Source: Hyphomicrobiales bacterium
GTDB lineage: Bacteria > Pseudomonadota > Alphaproteobacteria > Rhizobiales > Xanthobacteraceae
Assembly: GCA_038230475.1 (NCBI GenBank)
Contig: JBBRNE010000012.1
Coordinates: 4,413-68,412, forward strand
DNA length: 64,000 bases
Reading direction: 5' to 3'
Shown here piece by piece: positions 19,400 to 28,403 of this stretch (its first letter is position 1; each line of letters begins with the position of its first letter). Position numbers and translations under genes: made by a program. Below the pieces are notes generated by a model. The model saw only the letters and a program-made list of their open reading frames with translations. It was not told where the DNA came from and searched no databases.

Positions 19400-20491
19400 T
19401 TACTTGCCTATCACCTGACTGACGATCCTCGCCGCGTAATCCACCATCGGGATCACGCGCGCATAATTCAGCCGTGTCGGCCCGATGACACCGAGAACGC
19501 CGACGATCTGACCGGAATTGTCGCGATAGGGCGCGATAATCGTCGACGATCCCGACAGCGAAAACAGCTTGTTCTCCGAACCGATGAAAATACGAACGCC
19601 ATCGGCGCGTTCCGCGCGGCCCAGAAGATCGATCACGCCTTTCTTGGCTTCCAGATCGTCGAACAGCAAACGCACGCGTTCCAGATCTTCCATCGCGTGC
19701 AGGTCTTCGAGCAAATTCGCATGGCCACGCACGATCAGTTGACGGTCGTCGCCACCGCCGCCCGACCAGCTTGCGATACCTGCCGTGATAACTTTCTGCG
19801 TCAGCTCATCGAGCTGACTGCGGCTTTCGCTCATCGCCACTTCAAGTTCGCCACGCGCTTCGGCCAGCGTGCGTCCGCGAATGCGCGCATTGAGAAAATT
19901 CGATGCCTCTGTGAGTGCCGACATCGGCACGCCGGGCGGCAGCGTGAGAACGCGGTTTTCCACTTGGCCGTCTTCAGCGACCAGCACGACGAGCGCCTTC
20001 TCAGGCTCCAGCCGCACGAATTCGATGTGCTTCAATCGCACATTCGATTTTGCCGTCAGCACGACGGCGGCGGCGCGCGTCAAACCTGACAACCGCGTCA
20101 ATGCTTCACTCAATGCGGCTTCGACCGAAGTCGCGCCGCCGACGGTCTTGAGTTGGTTCTCGATCGAGCCGCGCTCTGCCTCGGTCAAGTCGCCGACCTG
20201 CATCAAGGCATCGACGAAAAATCGCAAACCCAACTCGGTCGGCAATCGCCCTGCGGACGTATGCGGCGCATAAATCAAGCCAAGCTGTTCGAGGTCCGAC
20301 ATCACGTTGCGAACGGAAGCGGGCGACAGCGGCATCGTGATCAGGCGCGAGATATTGCGCGAACCGACCGGCTCGCCGGTGGCCAGATAGCTCTCGACGA
20401 TTTGACGGAAAATATCGCGTGACCGCTCGTTCAGCTGCGCCAATCCAGCGTTCGGCGTAATCAGATTGCTGATCGGGTCGTGATGGGCCAA
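19400..20491 (-). CDS. hrcA: Heat-inducible transcription repressor HrcA
   Basis: [43 protein letters not shown]. Confidence 0.97.
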   Translation of the reverse strand: MAHHDPISNLITPNAGLAQLNERSRDIFRQIVESYLATGEPVGSRNISRLITMPLSPASVRNVMSDLEQLGLIYAPHTSAGRLPTELGLRFFVDALMQVGDLTEAERGSIENQLKTVGGATSVEAALSEALTRLSGLTRAAAVVLTAKSNVRLKHIEFVRLEPEKALVVLVAEDGQVENRVLTLPPGVPMSALTEASNFLNARIRGRTLAEARGELEVAMSESRSQLDELTQKVITAGIASWSGGGGDDRQLIVRGHANLLEDLHAMEDLERVRLLFDDLEAKKGVIDLLGRAERADGVRIFIGSENKLFSLSGSSTIIAPYRDNSGQIVGVLGVIGPTRLNYARVIPMVDYAARIVSQVIGK

Positions 20492-20605
20492 ATCCGGCTC
20501 CGGGTGCGAATACCACCTTATTATAGTGCGCCCTTGCCGCTGCGGCCAGCGGCCCCTAAAAGCACCGCAGATGATGAGATAACCCCATTATTCTGGAGAA
20601 ACTCC

Positions 20606-21322
20606 ATGCGGCCAAGCCGTCGTGCGCCCGATGAACTGCGCTCCGTCACGCTGGAACGAAGTGTCGTCAAATATGCCGAAGGTTCCTGCATGGTGAAATT
20701 CGGCGACACCCATGTGCTGGTGACGGCAACTTTGGAAGAACGTTTGCCACCGTGGCTCAAGGGCCAAGGCCGCGGCTGGGTCACTGCCGAATATGGCATG
20801 TTGCCGCGCGCCACCCATGAGCGCATGCGTCGCGAATCCGCTGCCGGAAAACAAAGCGGACGCACTGTTGAAATTCAGCGGCTGATCGGGCGTTCTTTGC
20901 GGACCACCGTCGATCTTGTGGCGCTCGGTGAACGCCAGATCACGGTCGATTGCGATGTCATTCAGGCCGACGGTGGCACGCGCACCGCAAGTATCACCGG
21001 CGCGTGGGTTGCACTCGCGGATTGCCTGCAATGGATGAAGGCGCGCAACATGCTGAAAAACGAAAATGTTCTGCGCGACAACGTCGCCGCGATTTCCTGC
21101 GGCATTTATAACGGAACGCCGGTTTTGGATTTGGATTATGCCGAAGATTCCGAGGCCGAGACCGATGCGAACTTCGTCATGACCGGCGACGGGCGTATCG
21201 TCGAGGTGCAGGGCACCGCCGAGAAAACACCTTTCACGCAGGATGAGTTTTTGAAATTGATGGCACTGGCGCAAAAGGGCATCGGCCGCCTCGTGGAACT
21301 GCAAAAGCTGGCAGTCGCGTAA
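20606..21322 (+). CDS. rph: Ribonuclease PH
   Basis: [47 protein letters not shown]; GGAG RBS before ATG 20606. Confidence 0.97.
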   Translation: MRPSRRAPDELRSVTLERSVVKYAEGSCMVKFGDTHVLVTATLEERLPPWLKGQGRGWVTAEYGMLPRATHERMRRESAAGKQSGRTVEIQRLIGRSLRTTVDLVALGERQITVDCDVIQADGGTRTASITGAWVALADCLQWMKARNMLKNENVLRDNVAAISCGIYNGTPVLDLDYAEDSEAETDANFVMTGDGRIVEVQGTAEKTPFTQDEFLKLMALAQKGIGRLVELQKLAVA

Positions 21323-21323
21323 G

Positions 21324-21405
21324 TGTCATTGCGAGCGACGCGAAGCAATCCAGAGGCTGCCAGGAAAAACTGGATTGCTTCGTCGCTGTGCTCCTCGCAA
21401 TGACG
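21324..21405. repeat. Family A repeat, copy 4 (inside the rph-rdgB operon)
   Basis: tgtcattgcgag..gaagcaatccag..ctggattgcttcg..ctcgcaatgacg immediately after the rph stop. Confidence 0.92.
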
Positions 21406-21435
21406 AATGCTTTGATTTTCGGCTACGGTTGATCC

Positions 21436-22071
21436 ATGTCCTCTCATCGCCGAATCACAGGCCGCCTCGTGATCGCAACCCACAATGCTGGCAAGCTTGC
21501 CGAGATGCGTGAACTGCTCGCGCCTTACGGCATCGATGCGGTGTCGGCGGCGGACTTGAAGATCGCCGAACCGGATGAGACGGGCAAAACTTTTCAGGCC
21601 AATGCGCGGATCAAGGCCATTGCCGCCGCGAACGCAACGCAGCTTCCGGCCTTCGCCGACGATTCCGGATTGTGTGTCGATGCACTCGATGGCGCGCCCG
21701 GAATTTATTCGGCGCGGTGGGCTGGCGAGACCAAAGATTTCAACACCGCGATGGCGCGCATCGAACGCCTGTTGCAGGAGCGCGACGCGATCGAGTCCGA
21801 GCAACGCAAGGCGCATTTCGTCTCGGCGTTATGCGTCGCGTGGCCGGACGGACATCTTGAAGACGTCGAGGCGCGCGTCGATGGCACGCTGATTTGGCCG
21901 CCGCGCGGCGATGCAGGCTTCGGTTACGATCCGGCGTTTCTTCCCGACGGACATGCGCGTACCTTCGGCGAAATGACGAGCCTCGAAAAGCACGGTCTGC
22001 CGCCGTTAGGATTGGGATTGTCGCATCGCGCAAAAGCCTTCGTGAAGCTGGCGGAGATGTGCCTGAAATGA
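21436..22071 (+). CDS. rdgB: Non-canonical purine NTP pyrophosphatase
   Basis: [37 protein letters not shown]. Confidence 0.95.
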   Translation: MSSHRRITGRLVIATHNAGKLAEMRELLAPYGIDAVSAADLKIAEPDETGKTFQANARIKAIAAANATQLPAFADDSGLCVDALDGAPGIYSARWAGETKDFNTAMARIERLLQERDAIESEQRKAHFVSALCVAWPDGHLEDVEARVDGTLIWPPRGDAGFGYDPAFLPDGHARTFGEMTSLEKHGLPPLGLGLSHRAKAFVKLAEMCLK

Positions 22072-22154
22072 GCGCGCACATTTCAGATGTTGCTTTTCAC
22101 CTCTCCCGCGCGCGGGGGAGGCCGGCGCAATTGCGCCGGGAGGGGGCGCGATGA
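22068..22154 (+). CDS. Putative 28-aa ORF linking rdgB and hemW by two ATGA overlaps
   Basis: ATG 22068 overlaps the rdgB TGA; TGA 22152-22154 overlaps the hemW ATG 22151. Mostly encoded by a GC-rich palindromic element. Confidence 0.35.
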   Translation: MSAHISDVAFHLSRARGRPAQLRREGAR

Positions 22155-22196
22155 CGGCCCCCCTCCCCACCCCGCCCCCGCTTACGGGGGAGGGAG
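22100..22196. repeat. Multi-hairpin G/C-tract palindromic element (family C) overlapping the hemW 5' end
   Basis: Hairpins cctctccc..gggggagg, perfect ccggcgcaattgcgccgg, gaggggg..ccccctc and cccccg-ctta-cggggg. Encodes PLPTPPPLTGEG in HemW. Confidence 0.8.
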
Positions 22197-23338
22197 ATAA
22201 GGCCTTCGGCGTCTACGTCCACTGGCCGTTTTGCCTTTCGAAATGCCCATATTGCGATTTCAATTCCCACGTCCGCCATCAAGCCGTCGACGAGGACCGT
22301 TTCGCGGGCGCATTCGAGCGTGAGATCGCAACCACTGCGGCACGTATACCTCAACGTGAAGTGACGTCGATTTTTCTCGGCGGCGGCACGCCGTCATTGA
22401 TGAAGCCTGAAACCGTCGGCAAAATTTTGGACTCCATCGGCAAGCATTGGAGCGTTGCGAAGGACGTCGAGGTCACGCTGGAAGCCAATCCGACCAGCGT
22501 CGAAGCCACCCGCTTCAAAGGCTATCGCGCAGCGGGCGTCAATCGTGTGTCGCTCGGCGTGCAGGCGCTCGATGATGCGTCTCTCAAATCGCTCGGAAGA
22601 CTTCACACGGCGCGCGAAGCGCTCGATGCGGTGGCGATAGCGCGTAGCGCCTTCGACCGTTATTCGTTCGATCTGATTTACGCGCGGCCCGACCAGACAC
22701 CGCAGATGTGGGCGCAAGAACTCAAACTCGCGATTTCCGAAGCTGCCGAACATCTGTCGCTGTATCAACTCACGATTGAACCCGAGACGCCATTTTACGG
22801 ATTGCATGCCGCAGGCAAGCTCGCGATTCCCGATGAAGCTGTTGCGCGCGAGTTGTACGACGCGACGCAGGATGTTTGCGCGGCTCAAGGTTTGCCGTCA
22901 TACGAGATTTCCAATCACGCGCGACCGGGTGCCGAGTGCAAACACAATCTGGTTTATTGGCGCGGGCAGGAATATGCCGGCATCGGTCCCGGCGCGCATG
23001 GACGGATTGACATCGATGGCGCGCGTCACGCCATTGCGACTGAAAAGCGTCCTGAAACATGGCTGATGCGGGTTGAGGCACAAGGCCACGGCGTCACAAC
23101 GGATGAACTGCTCAACAGCGAAGAACGTGCGGATGAATATTTGCTGATGGGATTGCGTCTTGCGGAAGGCATCGACCCGAAGCGCTACGAAATGCTGTCG
23201 GGTCGCGCGCTCGATCCAAGGCGTATTGCGATTCTGACCGATGAAGGCGCGATCGTCGTCGATGCCAATGGCCGCGTGCGCGTAACGGCGGAGGGATTTC
23301 CGGTGCTCGACGCGGTGGTCGCAGATTTGGCGGCGTGA
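22151..23338 (+). CDS. hemW: Radical SAM heme chaperone HemW
   Basis: YVHWPFCLSKCPYCDFNSH (CxxxCxxC), FLGGGTPS, TLEANP, HLSLYQLTIE, YEISNHA; follows rdgB as usual. Confidence 0.93.
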   Translation: MTAPLPTPPPLTGEGDKAFGVYVHWPFCLSKCPYCDFNSHVRHQAVDEDRFAGAFEREIATTAARIPQREVTSIFLGGGTPSLMKPETVGKILDSIGKHWSVAKDVEVTLEANPTSVEATRFKGYRAAGVNRVSLGVQALDDASLKSLGRLHTAREALDAVAIARSAFDRYSFDLIYARPDQTPQMWAQELKLAISEAAEHLSLYQLTIEPETPFYGLHAAGKLAIPDEAVARELYDATQDVCAAQGLPSYEISNHARPGAECKHNLVYWRGQEYAGIGPGAHGRIDIDGARHAIATEKRPETWLMRVEAQGHGVTTDELLNSEERADEYLLMGLRLAEGIDPKRYEMLSGRALDPRRIAILTDEGAIVVDANGRVRVTAEGFPVLDAVVADLAA

Positions 23339-23347
23339 CCCCTCGCT

Positions 23348-23470
23348 CGTCATTGCGAAGGACAACTATCACTTTCCGCGATGTCATCGCCGCGCGTGTC
23401 CCGGCGATCCCGATTAACGAAGCACAATGCCCAATAGATCGAGATGGCCGGGACGAACCCGGCCATGACA
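23348..23470. repeat. Composite repeat: family A left stub plus GTCAT..CCGGC..GCCGG..ATGAC element (family D)
   Basis: cgtcattgcgaag stub at 23348, then gtcatcgccgcgcgtgtcccggcgatc..gatggccgggacgaacccggccatgac; between convergent genes. Confidence 0.75.
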
Positions 23471-23488
23471 ATAAATTATATTGTCGGT

Positions 23489-24709
23489 TTAAGCCCCGAA
23501 ACTCTTTGGCGATCCAACAACCGGCTGCGCGCCACCGGCTGCGACTTTCATCACCGCAAGTCCGCGCTCGTTGGTGCCGTCGGTGCGAAAGCGAAAAAGA
23601 CCGTCAATACCCGCAAAACCCGACGCGTTGGTGAGAACGTCCTGCGAAAAACGTTGTGCGCCTTGCGTACGCGCGAGTGCTGCGACCAATGCGACGGCAT
23701 CGTAAGCAAGCGTCGCGGTGCGAACGGGATCCGATCCATACTTGGCACGATAGCGCGCCGCAAAACTTTTGAAGCCCGACGGATCGGGTGCCGCATAAAA
23801 TCCGCCCTGCAGATTCGGATCAGCATAGACGCGCGGCGAATCCCACAATCCAGTGCCGAGCAGTTGCAGGCGCTTGAGGTTAGCGCCGTTCGCAGCCAAA
23901 GTTTGCGCGACATTCACAACGGCGTCGCCGTCGTCCGCAAGCATCAGCGCATCGGCTGTGCCAAGCGCCGATGCAACATTGCGGGCGACAGTCTGCGTCT
24001 GCGCCGGGTCGGTCGAATATTTCTCGAACGCGACAACGCGTCCGCCCTTGCGCGCGACCGCTTGCTTGAATGCAGCCTCAACGACATTGCCGTAGGCGTT
24101 CTCCGGCAGCAGTGCTGCGAAGGATCGTTTACCGGTGCTTGCCGAATAATCGACGATGCGGTTGACGTCGGACTCCGGCAGAAAGCTCAGGAGATACACA
24201 CCGCGACCGGCGACGCTGGAGTCGGTTGAAAACGCAATCACCGAGATACCGCGCGCGCGCGCGACCGCTGCGGTTGCGGGGACCGACAATCCGAACAGCG
24301 GGCCGAGAATGATTTCCGCGCCTTCGCCGAGAGCTTGCTGTGCGCCCTGTTGCGCACCTTGCGCCGAACCCGCATCGTCCTTGATCAGAAGCTGAATGTT
24401 CGGCGACTGGAATTCTGCAAGTGCGAGTTCGGCTGCATTGCGCATCGACTGTGCGGCGACGCCGGCATTGCCGGATGCCGACAGCGGCAACAGCATCGCG
24501 ACTTTGACCTGACCGGAACCAACGGCGGTGGGCTGTTCCTGCGGACCGGCAGGTGCAGCCGGTGCGGGCTCAAGCCCCGCGGAGGGTCCGCCAAACGATG
24601 ACGGAAGACTGGCGCAGCTTGCGACCAGCGGTGCACCGAGAATCAGTCCGAGCGCGCTTCGGCGGGTTGCCCCGCGAAGTTGCGTTTTCGGATTGAACGG
24701 GTCGACCAT
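23489..24709 (-). CDS. LpoA/LppC-like periplasmic-binding-protein-fold lipoprotein (putative PBP activator)
   Basis: TRRSALG twin-Arg plus LVASC lipobox; KVAMLLPLS, ILGPLF, TLAYDAV, GFAGIDGLFRF; next to rsmI/yraN. Confidence 0.8.
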   Translation of the reverse strand: MVDPFNPKTQLRGATRRSALGLILGAPLVASCASLPSSFGGPSAGLEPAPAAPAGPQEQPTAVGSGQVKVAMLLPLSASGNAGVAAQSMRNAAELALAEFQSPNIQLLIKDDAGSAQGAQQGAQQALGEGAEIILGPLFGLSVPATAAVARARGISVIAFSTDSSVAGRGVYLLSFLPESDVNRIVDYSASTGKRSFAALLPENAYGNVVEAAFKQAVARKGGRVVAFEKYSTDPAQTQTVARNVASALGTADALMLADDGDAVVNVAQTLAANGANLKRLQLLGTGLWDSPRVYADPNLQGGFYAAPDPSGFKSFAARYRAKYGSDPVRTATLAYDAVALVAALARTQGAQRFSQDVLTNASGFAGIDGLFRFRTDGTNERGLAVMKVAAGGAQPVVGSPKSFGA

Positions 24710-24908
24710 ATCAGCATCCCATTGATCCGATTCCGGATCGGCCCGCGTATTGTCCCGCAGGACGCTCTGGAAGGGGATTCAGGCATATTGTCGGCGAATA
24801 GTTAACTAAAACAAAAGCTTTGTGGCAGCGTCGCCTGCGAAAATTCGCGACGTCTGCCATTGCAGTTGCGAACAAGACGAGGCCCACCTTCGAGGCTAAG
24901 ATACGTTC

Positions 24909-25853
24909 ATGCGCCCCAAAACGGTTCGATCCGCCCCACAAGACCCGTCCTCACAAGACAGCGCCCGGACTTTCTCCGTTGCCGGGCAGGTTCTCACCGC
25001 GCCGAAGGTTCCAGCCGGACTTTATCTGGTCGCCACGCCGATCGGTAATCTCGGCGACATTACGCTGCGTGCGCTGGAAACGTTGGCAGCTGCCGATGTC
25101 GTCGCCTGTGAAGATACGCGCATCACGCATCGGCTGATGGAGCGGTACATGATCACCACGCCATTGACGCCGTATCACGATCATAACGCTGAGGCCGCGC
25201 GCCCGAAAATCCTGGAAAAATTATCGCAGGGCGGATCGGTCGCGCTGGTATCGGACGCCGGCACGCCGCTTATTTCGGATCCCGGATTCAAACTGGTGCG
25301 CGAAGTCTGCGCGGCTGGGCATCAAGTCATTGCATTGCCGGGGCCGTCGTCCGTGTTGACCGCACTTTCGGTCGCCGCATTGCCGACGGATCGTTTTTTC
25401 TTCGAGGGGTTTCTGCCGCCGAAACAAGTTGCGCGACGCACACGTCTTTCAGAATTGGCGCGGATCGACGCAACATTGGTGATGTTCGAATCCGGCGCGC
25501 GCGTTCAGGACAGTTTGCAGGATCTCGCGCTGATCATGGGCGAACGCGACATGGCAATCTGCCGCGAAATGACGAAGCTCCATGAAGAGGTCAAACGTGG
25601 ATCGGTTTCCGAACTGGCTGCATTGGCGAATGAACTTGAGACGCGCGGCGAGTTTGTTCTTGTCGTCGCCCCGCCTCCTGCAAATTCCGCCGTGATGGAT
25701 GACGGCGTACTCGACGATCTACTGCGCGCATCCCTGAAACACGACAGCGTCAAGGATGCGGTGGCGCAGGCGATGGAAATTTCCGGCAGGCCGCGCCGGG
25801 AAATTTATGCGCGCGCGCTCGAACTTGCGAAACACCTCAATGCCGACGAATAA
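24909..25853 (+). CDS. rsmI: 16S rRNA C1402 2'-O-methyltransferase
   Basis: [45 protein letters not shown]. Confidence 0.95.
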   Translation: MRPKTVRSAPQDPSSQDSARTFSVAGQVLTAPKVPAGLYLVATPIGNLGDITLRALETLAAADVVACEDTRITHRLMERYMITTPLTPYHDHNAEAARPKILEKLSQGGSVALVSDAGTPLISDPGFKLVREVCAAGHQVIALPGPSSVLTALSVAALPTDRFFFEGFLPPKQVARRTRLSELARIDATLVMFESGARVQDSLQDLALIMGERDMAICREMTKLHEEVKRGSVSELAALANELETRGEFVLVVAPPPANSAVMDDGVLDDLLRASLKHDSVKDAVAQAMEISGRPRREIYARALELAKHLNADE

Positions 25854-26229
25854 AGAGCGCCAGCCTTCATCGAAGCGCGTCGCAGCGTTTCAGACCGGCA
25901 TCTCGGCGGAAAGCCGCGCCTGCTATTATCTGTTTGCGAAGGGCTACAAGATTCTCGCGCGACGTTTCAAAACGCCTTACGGCGAGATCGACGTTGTCGC
26001 GCGGCGCAGAAACCTTCTCGCCTTTATCGAAGTCAAAGCTCGCGCTAAACTCGACGATGCAGCGTACTCAGTCACTCAAAAACAGCAGCAACGCATCATC
26101 GCAGCAGCGCAAGTCTGGCTCGCGGATCATGAGGAACATGCAAATTTCGACATGCGGTTCGACGTTGTGCTGATTGCGCCGAGGCATATGCCGCGCCATC
26201 TGATGGCGGCATTCGACGCCAGCACCTGA
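25840..26229 (+). CDS. yraN: YraN-family (UPF0102) nuclease
   Basis: [30 protein letters not shown]; start overlaps the rsmI end. Confidence 0.92.
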   Translation: MPTNKERQPSSKRVAAFQTGISAESRACYYLFAKGYKILARRFKTPYGEIDVVARRRNLLAFIEVKARAKLDDAAYSVTQKQQQRIIAAAQVWLADHEEHANFDMRFDVVLIAPRHMPRHLMAAFDAST

Positions 26230-26315
26230 CCGGCTGCATTGCATTCGGATAGTCTGGCCAAGACCTAAGAAATCGAACAGATTGCCGCCGCGCACATTGA
26301 GAAACGGATTTGAGA

Positions 26316-27257
26316 ATGAAGCTGAAAGTCGCCGTCCAGATGGACCCCATCGCGCGAATCAACATTCGCGGCGACTCGACGTTTGCATTGCTGCTGGAAG
26401 CACAGAAGCGTGGCCACACCCTTTCATATTATACGCCGGAGAGTCTTTCGCTGAACGGCAAGACTCTTGTAGCAAACGTCCAGCCGCTGACGGTACGCGA
26501 TCAAGAAGGCGATCATTTCACGTTGGGCGATTCAAAGCGCATGCAACTCGACTCGTTCGACGTGATTCTCTTGCGCCAGGACCCGCCATTCGATCTGGCT
26601 TATATTACGACGACGCATTTTCTCGAACGCATCCACGACAAGACGCTCGTCGTCAATAATCCGAAGAGCGTCCGCGACGCGCCGGAAAAAATCTTCGTCA
26701 TGGAGTTCGCGGATCTGATGCCGCCGACGCTGATCTCGCGCGACAAGAACGAGATCAATGCGTTTCGCAAGGAACATGGCGACGTGGTGATGAAACCGCT
26801 TTATGGCCACGGAGGTGCTGCGGTGTTTCGCGTGACGTCGCAGGATATGAATTTCGGTTCGCTCTACGATATGTTCGCGGTGACGTTTCGCGAGCCATGG
26901 GTAATTCAGAAATTTCTTCCTGAAGTCAAACACGGCGACAAGCGCATCATTCTCGTCGATGGCGAATTCGCCGGCGCGGTGAACCGCGTACCGGCGGAGG
27001 ACGATCTTCGCTCCAACATGGTGCGGGGAGGTGCTGCGCAGGCGACGGATTTATCCAAGCGCGAGCTTGAAATCTGCCGCCGTCTCGGTCCGGCGCTGCG
27101 TCAATTGGGGCTTCTGTTCGTTGGCATCGACGTCATCGACGGCCACCTCACGGAAATCAACGTCACCTCGCCGACGGGAATCCGCGCTATCGCCAAACTC
27201 GGCGGTCCGGACGTGGCAGCCATCGTCTGGGACTGCATCGAGACCAAGCGGCGATAG
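26316..27257 (+). CDS. gshB: Glutathione synthetase
   Basis: [37 protein letters not shown]. Confidence 0.96.
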   Translation: MKLKVAVQMDPIARINIRGDSTFALLLEAQKRGHTLSYYTPESLSLNGKTLVANVQPLTVRDQEGDHFTLGDSKRMQLDSFDVILLRQDPPFDLAYITTTHFLERIHDKTLVVNNPKSVRDAPEKIFVMEFADLMPPTLISRDKNEINAFRKEHGDVVMKPLYGHGGAAVFRVTSQDMNFGSLYDMFAVTFREPWVIQKFLPEVKHGDKRIILVDGEFAGAVNRVPAEDDLRSNMVRGGAAQATDLSKRELEICRRLGPALRQLGLLFVGIDVIDGHLTEINVTSPTGIRAIAKLGGPDVAAIVWDCIETKRR

Positions 27258-27267
27258 AGCCGGGCTG

Positions 27268-27316
27268 GGGCATGATCTGATCCGAAAACCGGTGCCCTTT
27301 TTTCGGGATCATGCCC
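27268..27316. repeat. Family B repeat, copy 4
   Basis: gggcatgatctgatccgaaaaccggtgcccttttttcgggatcatgccc; 10 bp after the gshB stop. Confidence 0.9.
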
Positions 27317-27441
27317 TGATTTCGCGGTGCAAAATGCCCAATTGTTTAATCAATTACTGACCATCGTCCGCCAATCTGTTTGACGGGTTCCATCCGCGCG
27401 CCGAAGTGTTGATCGGCTCGCAGGCACCAAACAGGCGGCTT

Positions 27442-28278
27442 ATGGCTCTTGAGGTTTTCAACGGCACATCGATCCCCCGCGAGCTGGCCACAGCCGCGAT
27501 GGAGTTCCTGTGGGCGAAGTGGAAAACCCTCAACTCGACCAATGATTTGACGCTGCAGCGCCTGACCGAAGAATGCAGCTATCCGCTGCGCGCAAACTCG
27601 ACCTACATGATGAGTGTCGGCGACGATTTCGTTTACATGTACGTCGGGCATGGCGTGCAATCCGCCGCCGCGCAGAATCTTGCGGGCACTCTGCTTTCCA
27701 AAAGCGACAATCCGCTCGCGGTTGAATTCGCCGAGGTCTACCGCCAGGTCTCAAAAAAACTGACGCCGACCTTCCTGCGGTTTACCGGCACGCGCTCGCA
27801 GGGCGGGCAGCTCTGGCAGCGGCTGGTTTTGCCGATCAAGATCGCCGATGGCGCGGTGATTCTGGTGGTCTACTCGGAGCTGATCACGCACCAGGTCGAA
27901 GTCTACGAGCAGCTGTTTCGCACCGCGCCTGACGCAATGATTATCGCCTGTCCCATCGTCAACGATGTCGGCCATGCTACCGACGGCTGGGTGGTGATGA
28001 TGAATGACAGCGCCCGCGAAATGCTGAAATTCGACGGCAGCATCGGCAATCTGCGGCTCAATCAGCTACCGCAATTCGCCGGCGTGGATATTTGGAACCG
28101 AATCTACGCACCGAAATCGGCGGCCGCCGCGACGCCAATCACCACCGCTGAATTCGACGTCGAACTGATGCGCTTCCCGCATGTGTTCGGTCTCAAAATT
28201 CGACCCAAGGTCGTGATCCCCGACGGCCTGACGCTGGTGCCCGCCGCCGACGCCGATTTCGCGCTGGCACGAGGCTGA
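27442..28278 (+). CDS. Hypothetical protein, probably tandem PAS-like domains with no output domain
   Basis: N-half (FVYMYVGHGV..FAEVYRQV..QRLVLP) resembles PAS; C-half begins LFRTAPDAMII..VVMMNDSAREML, a PAS-start pattern. Confidence 0.6.
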   Translation: MALEVFNGTSIPRELATAAMEFLWAKWKTLNSTNDLTLQRLTEECSYPLRANSTYMMSVGDDFVYMYVGHGVQSAAAQNLAGTLLSKSDNPLAVEFAEVYRQVSKKLTPTFLRFTGTRSQGGQLWQRLVLPIKIADGAVILVVYSELITHQVEVYEQLFRTAPDAMIIACPIVNDVGHATDGWVVMMNDSAREMLKFDGSIGNLRLNQLPQFAGVDIWNRIYAPKSAAAATPITTAEFDVELMRFPHVFGLKIRPKVVIPDGLTLVPAADADFALARG

Positions 28279-28312
28279 GTTTCGGGTCAGACCAACAATC
28301 CGGTCTTGCAAT

Positions 28313-28327
28313 GTTCTCCAAATGTTC
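28313..28327 (+). promoter_or_regulatory. LexA (SOS) box upstream of comM
   Basis: GTTC-tccaaat-GTTC, a perfect alphaproteobacterial GTTC-N7-GTTC, 76 bp before the ATG. Confidence 0.85.
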
Positions 28328-28403
28328 TTGCGCAGAAAAAAGTTCCTGCTAGGCTTTCGGCCGGGACGAGAACGTCCCGCAAGCAAACGCCCACAAGGAA
28401 GTC

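Noticed and set aside
24809-24824. TTAAC-containing stretch in the lpoA-like/rsmI gap as a CtrA site
   Set aside because: The second half-site has two mismatches; too weak to call.
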